Assembly (NCBI GenBank): GCA_965207455.1
Contig: CBDBMJ010000001.1
Coordinates: forward strand, 64,001 to 128,000
Source of the DNA: Bdellovibrionota bacterium
GTDB lineage: Bacteria > Bdellovibrionota > UBA1018 > CAIPTA01 > JAALKR01
Length of the DNA stretch: 64,000 nucleotides
Reading direction: 5' to 3'
Every line of letters starts with the position of its first letter. Positions within the stretch are counted from its first letter, which is position 1. The position numbers and the translations under genes are program-made. Below are positions 60,260 to 64,000 of this stretch, one piece after another. Under the pieces are notes generated by a model. It had not been told where the DNA came from. It saw nothing but the letters and a program-made list of their open reading frames with translations, and ran no database searches.

Positions 60260-60444
60260 GCATTTTCAGGTCGATCAAGCACAGAAATTTATTGAAAATT
60301 ATCGTACATTCTTTCAGCACTGTCTATTTTTTAGTCGATATAAAGGCTCTCGCTTCTGTAGTTTTTAGTATATGCAATTTCTGGAATGAGCGTAAATAAC
60401 CGAAAGTAAAGGATTTTTAAAGAGATTGCTTTTTTGGTGTATTT

Positions 60445-60460
60445 TGGCACGTCCCTTGCA
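60445..60460 (+). promoter_or_regulatory. Sigma54 (-24/-12) promoter
   Basis: TGGCAC-GTCCC-TTGCA matches TGGCAC-N5-TTGC exactly, 55 bp upstream of the 60516 ATG. Confidence 0.8.
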
Positions 60461-60515
60461 TTAACAAATATATGAAATAGTAAACTTAAATCAAATTTAG
60501 AAAGGAAACATAATC

Positions 60516-61205
60516 ATGAAAAATCGAATAAATAAAAACATAATAACCATAACTGCAATAGCTTTTGTTATAGCATTACCAGGGTATTCTCAATCGGATT
60601 CTACAGATATACTGAGTGCGATAAATCAACTACCTATAAATGAAAGAATAGCCATAAAGAAAGCATGGATAGAGACAACTCTACATAGAAAAAGAGAGGA
60701 AAGGAAGAAACTTCTCAACTCTACTGCAGCATATACTTTAGATGTGGAACAATTGACTAATAAAGTAGCTTTGACTCTTAAGAAAATAACTTCAAAGAAA
60801 AAGCAGTCAAGTAAACTGCAGCAGAAGTCAAAGAATTTTGTAGGTTCTGCGGGTTCATTGTATTATCGTCAGTCTATGCAACTAACAAGTAGTGCATCTC
60901 GATTAGAAAAAACTACTTTGCCTGAATTGAGAACTAAGCTTAGGGATGCAAAATCTTTCTCATCTTGGTTCAACGCTGAAATCGACAAGGAAGTATTGAA
61001 ACTGGATGAAGAAATATCAAATTTGGAAAGAGAGTTGCTAATTGTAGGATTGCAAGAAATTAAAAGCAATCCATTGCTCGGTAAAGGAAAAATAAGAAAT
61101 TTGATAGAGACTGATTATTCTGTTGAATCGGGATCTCTTATCGTCATTGAGTCTTCTGGAGTTAATGGAGAGAGTCAGTCGAACCCCTATGCCCCAGCCC
61201 CATAA
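60516..61205 (+). CDS. Secreted coiled-coil hypothetical protein
   Basis: Signal peptide, helical heptad pattern, AAGGA RBS. Confidence 0.75.
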   Translation: MKNRINKNIITITAIAFVIALPGYSQSDSTDILSAINQLPINERIAIKKAWIETTLHRKREERKKLLNSTAAYTLDVEQLTNKVALTLKKITSKKKQSSKLQQKSKNFVGSAGSLYYRQSMQLTSSASRLEKTTLPELRTKLRDAKSFSSWFNAEIDKEVLKLDEEISNLERELLIVGLQEIKSNPLLGKGKIRNLIETDYSVESGSLIVIESSGVNGESQSNPYAPAP

Positions 61206-61237
61206 ATTATAATTTAATTTTCCCTCCTAAATATAAA

Positions 61238-61261
61238 AGCCTCCTTTCAAAAAAGGAGGCT
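61238..61261. terminator. Hairpin terminator between convergent genes
   Basis: AGCCTCCTTT-loop-AAAGGAGGCT. Confidence 0.7.
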
Positions 61262-61310
61262 CTTAGGATGGTGAGTTGAAACACTTAAAAGAAAGATTGA
61301 GCTAAGTAAG

Positions 61311-62135
61311 CTAAATGACCTCATTGATACGATTCATGGCAATATCGCAGTAGCTTTTATCTATGTCCACGCCAACGCCTTTTCTTTTTTGTAGGCAAGC
61401 GGCTATCAAAGTGGATCCACTACCTAAAAAAGGATCGAGAACCGTATCACCAATAAAGCTAAATAATTTTATACATCGTCTGGGAAGCTCAACAGGGAAG
61501 GGGGCAGGATGACCTCCGGCACCTTTTTTGTTTTGGCCAGGGAAAGTCCAAACTCCATTTGTCCATTCCATAAATTCCTCTCTCGTTATGTCGTTTTTTT
61601 TATCTTTATTTTCACGGATTTTCTTCCAATGTTTTTTGTATAAAATTAGAATAACTTCAACGGGAGCAATAACGTAAGGGGCAGAGGCAGACATCCAAGA
61701 ACCCCAAGCCGTTCTCCGGGATATGTTTCCCTCATTCCAAATAATGGTTGAGTGATAGTTCCAACCCACTTTTTTAGCAATAGTTGTAATATCGGCACAG
61801 ACAGATTGCTGCCCACCTTTATTTTTATCTAATGGGATATTCAAACAGAAGCGTCCATCATCTTTTGCCAAGTCATAGCACTTTTTTAACCACTGTTCAG
61901 TAAATTTGAGGTATCGACTATAGGACATATCATCTTTATTGGAGTTATAGTGAATATCAACATTGTAGGGTGGTGAGGTAACAATAAGATCAATGGAGGA
62001 AGGTTTTATTTTCTTGATTTTTAAAATGTCGCTTTTATGTATGATAATGTGAGCTTGTTTACAGTCTTGAGACGTAAGATAGTTAGCAGTCTTTGATTTA
62101 GACTTAGAATGGTTTTTGGTATTTTTTTCTAACAT
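61311..62135 (-). CDS. N4-cytosine/N6-adenine DNA methyltransferase (beta class)
   Basis: DLIVTSPPY (motif IV) precedes HPAPFP and VLDPFLGSGST (motif I). Confidence 0.93.
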   Translation of the reverse strand: MLEKNTKNHSKSKSKTANYLTSQDCKQAHIIIHKSDILKIKKIKPSSIDLIVTSPPYNVDIHYNSNKDDMSYSRYLKFTEQWLKKCYDLAKDDGRFCLNIPLDKNKGGQQSVCADITTIAKKVGWNYHSTIIWNEGNISRRTAWGSWMSASAPYVIAPVEVILILYKKHWKKIRENKDKKNDITREEFMEWTNGVWTFPGQNKKGAGGHPAPFPVELPRRCIKLFSFIGDTVLDPFLGSGSTLIAACLQKRKGVGVDIDKSYCDIAMNRINEVI

Positions 62136-62338
62136 AAGTTATGGCTCCCTTTTATGGAAACATAGCAGATATTCGAAGTTTTTTGACTGAAAATTTCATT
62201 CAGGGCGATTGGAGGCAAGGAATTGCTCGCTGCGGAAAGTGCTAATCTGCGCTAGCGTTGCCGCCGGGTGAGAGTGTCGCTATCGTCGCATCGAGACAAA
62301 ACTTTAATTTCAACATAATAGGTGGTATATATGGGGAA

Positions 62339-63415
62339 ATGAAAAGAAATCAAATAGTGGTTTTATATGGAGGTCGCTCCAACGAACATGAAGTTTCCCT
62401 GCAATCTGCTGCCTCTGTTATACGGAATTTGGATACCAATCGTTATACCGTTATTCCCATAGGTATCGACAAGCAAGGAAATTGGAAGTGGACTCCCAAT
62501 ACCACCCCATCCATCCCAGCCTCTGCCCCTTCAGTATATATGCCACCCATGGAGCGAAAAATTGTGGAGATTGCGTCCAACAAAGTATTGGCTACTGTGG
62601 ATATGATTTTTCCCGTTATGCATGGATCGTTTTATGAGGATGGTGCTATTCAGGGAGCCTGTGAAATCGCAGGTATTCCTTATGTGGGCTCCGGTATTCC
62701 TGGGTCTGCCATTGCCATGGATAAGGACATAGCCAAGCGACTGGTAGAACATAAGAATATTTCCGTGGTCCCCTATACAACAGTGTATTCTTCCCAAGAT
62801 AGCTTGAGTCTTTCTAAAGCCGTGGAATATCCAGTCTTTGTAAAGCCAGCGAGTCTAGGATCCAGTGTGGGTATTAGCAAAGTGAGTTCTCCAGAGGAAC
62901 TGGATCCTGCCCTGAAAATAGCTTTTCAGTTTGATAGGAAAGTGCTGCTGGAGAAATATATTCCGGGTAGGGAAATTGAAGTGGCAGTTTTGGAAAACCG
63001 TAATTTTTTAGAACCACCGAGAACAAGCCTGCCGGGAGAAATTGTTTCCAATCCGGGAGAGTTTTATTCTTACGAAGCAAAATATATTCACGGAGATAAA
63101 GCTAAGCTTTGTGCCCCAGCCCCGTTGAAAGAAGAACAGGTGCAGGCAGTACAGGCGTTAGCAGGAAAAATATTTCGCTGCTTAGAGTGCCGAGGTATGG
63201 CTCGTGTGGATTTTTTTCTCGACGAGCAAAGCAACACATTTTATTTTAATGAAATTAACAGCATCCCTGGCTTTACAGACATTAGCATGTTTCCAAAGCT
63301 TTGGGAGATATCAGGGCTATCCTACACTAGCCTACTCACTGAGCTCATCGAGCTTGCCTGGGAGCGAGACAGGGAATCGTCGGCTTTACGTAGGACATTT
63401 TCTGAAAGCCCATGA
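62339..63415 (+). CDS. ddl: D-alanine--D-alanine ligase
   Basis: GGRSNEHEVS, HGSFYEDG, GSSVG, YSYEAKY, RVDFF, NEINSIPGFT. Confidence 0.96.
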   Translation: MKRNQIVVLYGGRSNEHEVSLQSAASVIRNLDTNRYTVIPIGIDKQGNWKWTPNTTPSIPASAPSVYMPPMERKIVEIASNKVLATVDMIFPVMHGSFYEDGAIQGACEIAGIPYVGSGIPGSAIAMDKDIAKRLVEHKNISVVPYTTVYSSQDSLSLSKAVEYPVFVKPASLGSSVGISKVSSPEELDPALKIAFQFDRKVLLEKYIPGREIEVAVLENRNFLEPPRTSLPGEIVSNPGEFYSYEAKYIHGDKAKLCAPAPLKEEQVQAVQALAGKIFRCLECRGMARVDFFLDEQSNTFYFNEINSIPGFTDISMFPKLWEISGLSYTSLLTELIELAWERDRESSALRRTFSESP

Positions 63416-63441
63416 TAGAAGAAAGAAAAGGAGAAATTAAA

Positions 63442-64000
63442 ATGAATAAAAAAGTAAATATTCATGGTATTCCCATGGACTTGGGAGTGGATATACGGGG
63501 AGTGGATATGGGCCCATCAGCAATGCATATCGCTGGCATAGGAGTTGCTTTGAAAAAAATGGGCTACTACGTGGAGGAACAGCAAGGTTTTAGTGAAAGC
63601 AGAATGAACTTAGGCAAGGATGATAGCCGAGCAAAGTATGCAAAAGAAATTAACGACGTTTGTGAAAAGCTATTTCAAAAAGCCGTTGAGTATAAAGAAA
63701 AAAATAGCATTCCCATTTTTGTAGGTGGCGATCACTCCATTGCCATGGGAACAGTCTCTGGAATATCCCATTACTTTCAACAACAAAAAAAGCAGTTAGG
63801 CCTTATTTGGTTTGATGCCCACGGAGATATGAACACTCCTGATATTTCTCTTTCGGGAAATGTGCATGGCATGCCTTTAGCCGCTCTTTTGCACCAAGAA
63901 AAAGAATCCTTTTCTGAGGTAGCCAGTCGATGCCAGATTCAGCCTAAAAATGTGTCCATTGTTGGCGTGCGGGATCTGGATTCTCAAGAGCAAAAAGCTC
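63442..64000 (+). CDS. rocF: Arginase (3' truncated by the window edge)
   Basis: Own translation gives MNKKVNIHGIPMDLGVDIRGVDMGPSA, GGDHS, WFDAHGDMNTP, SGNVHGMP, GVRDLD. Confidence 0.92.
   Translation, partial: MNKKVNIHGIPMDLGVDIRGVDMGPSAMHIAGIGVALKKMGYYVEEQQGFSESRMNLGKDDSRAKYAKEINDVCEKLFQKAVEYKEKNSIPIFVGGDHSIAMGTVSGISHYFQQQKKQLGLIWFDAHGDMNTPDISLSGNVHGMPLAALLHQEKESFSEVASRCQIQPKNVSIVGVRDLDSQEQKA

Noticed and set aside
62200..62300. GC-rich intergenic stretch as a riboswitch or RNase P RNA
   Set aside because: Only short motif-like words (TTCAGGGCG, GGAAAGT) with no complete conserved structure; an Rfam scan would be needed

Overview
Bacterial chromosome segment, probably from a Bdellovibrionota/Oligoflexia-like organism. 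This is inferred from a DUF4423/TIGR02147-like gene, paired ArsA ATPases, CarD and many orphan secreted proteins. All family calls come from motif recognition by eye; no database was searched. The left end (1-2397, minus strand) holds a bufferin-like RiPP metallophore locus: DoxX, YceI, three tandem DUF2282/BufA1-like Cys-rich precursors sharing an unusual C-terminal extension, and what looks like the first codons of an MNIO (DUF692) gene running off the window. Housekeeping blocks follow: acetolactate synthase/ALDH/FMN glutamate-synthase-like, ftsE-ftsX-envC-ctpA, tolQRAB, carD, nadB, alr, dciA, lptE-holA, two arsA-like genes, rfaD, mutL-miaA, ddl and arginase. A tRNA-Ala(GGC) at 38231-38306 anchors an AT-rich island of about 16 kb. 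Its large serine recombinase gene reads into the tRNA 3' end. The island carries an IS1634-like miniature element, a truncated ISNCY/IS1202-type IS and mostly secreted orphan proteins with internal duplications. Two large secreted orphans (23179-25518 and 51991-54303) appear to be paralogues built from the same repeated module, which I could not assign to a family.
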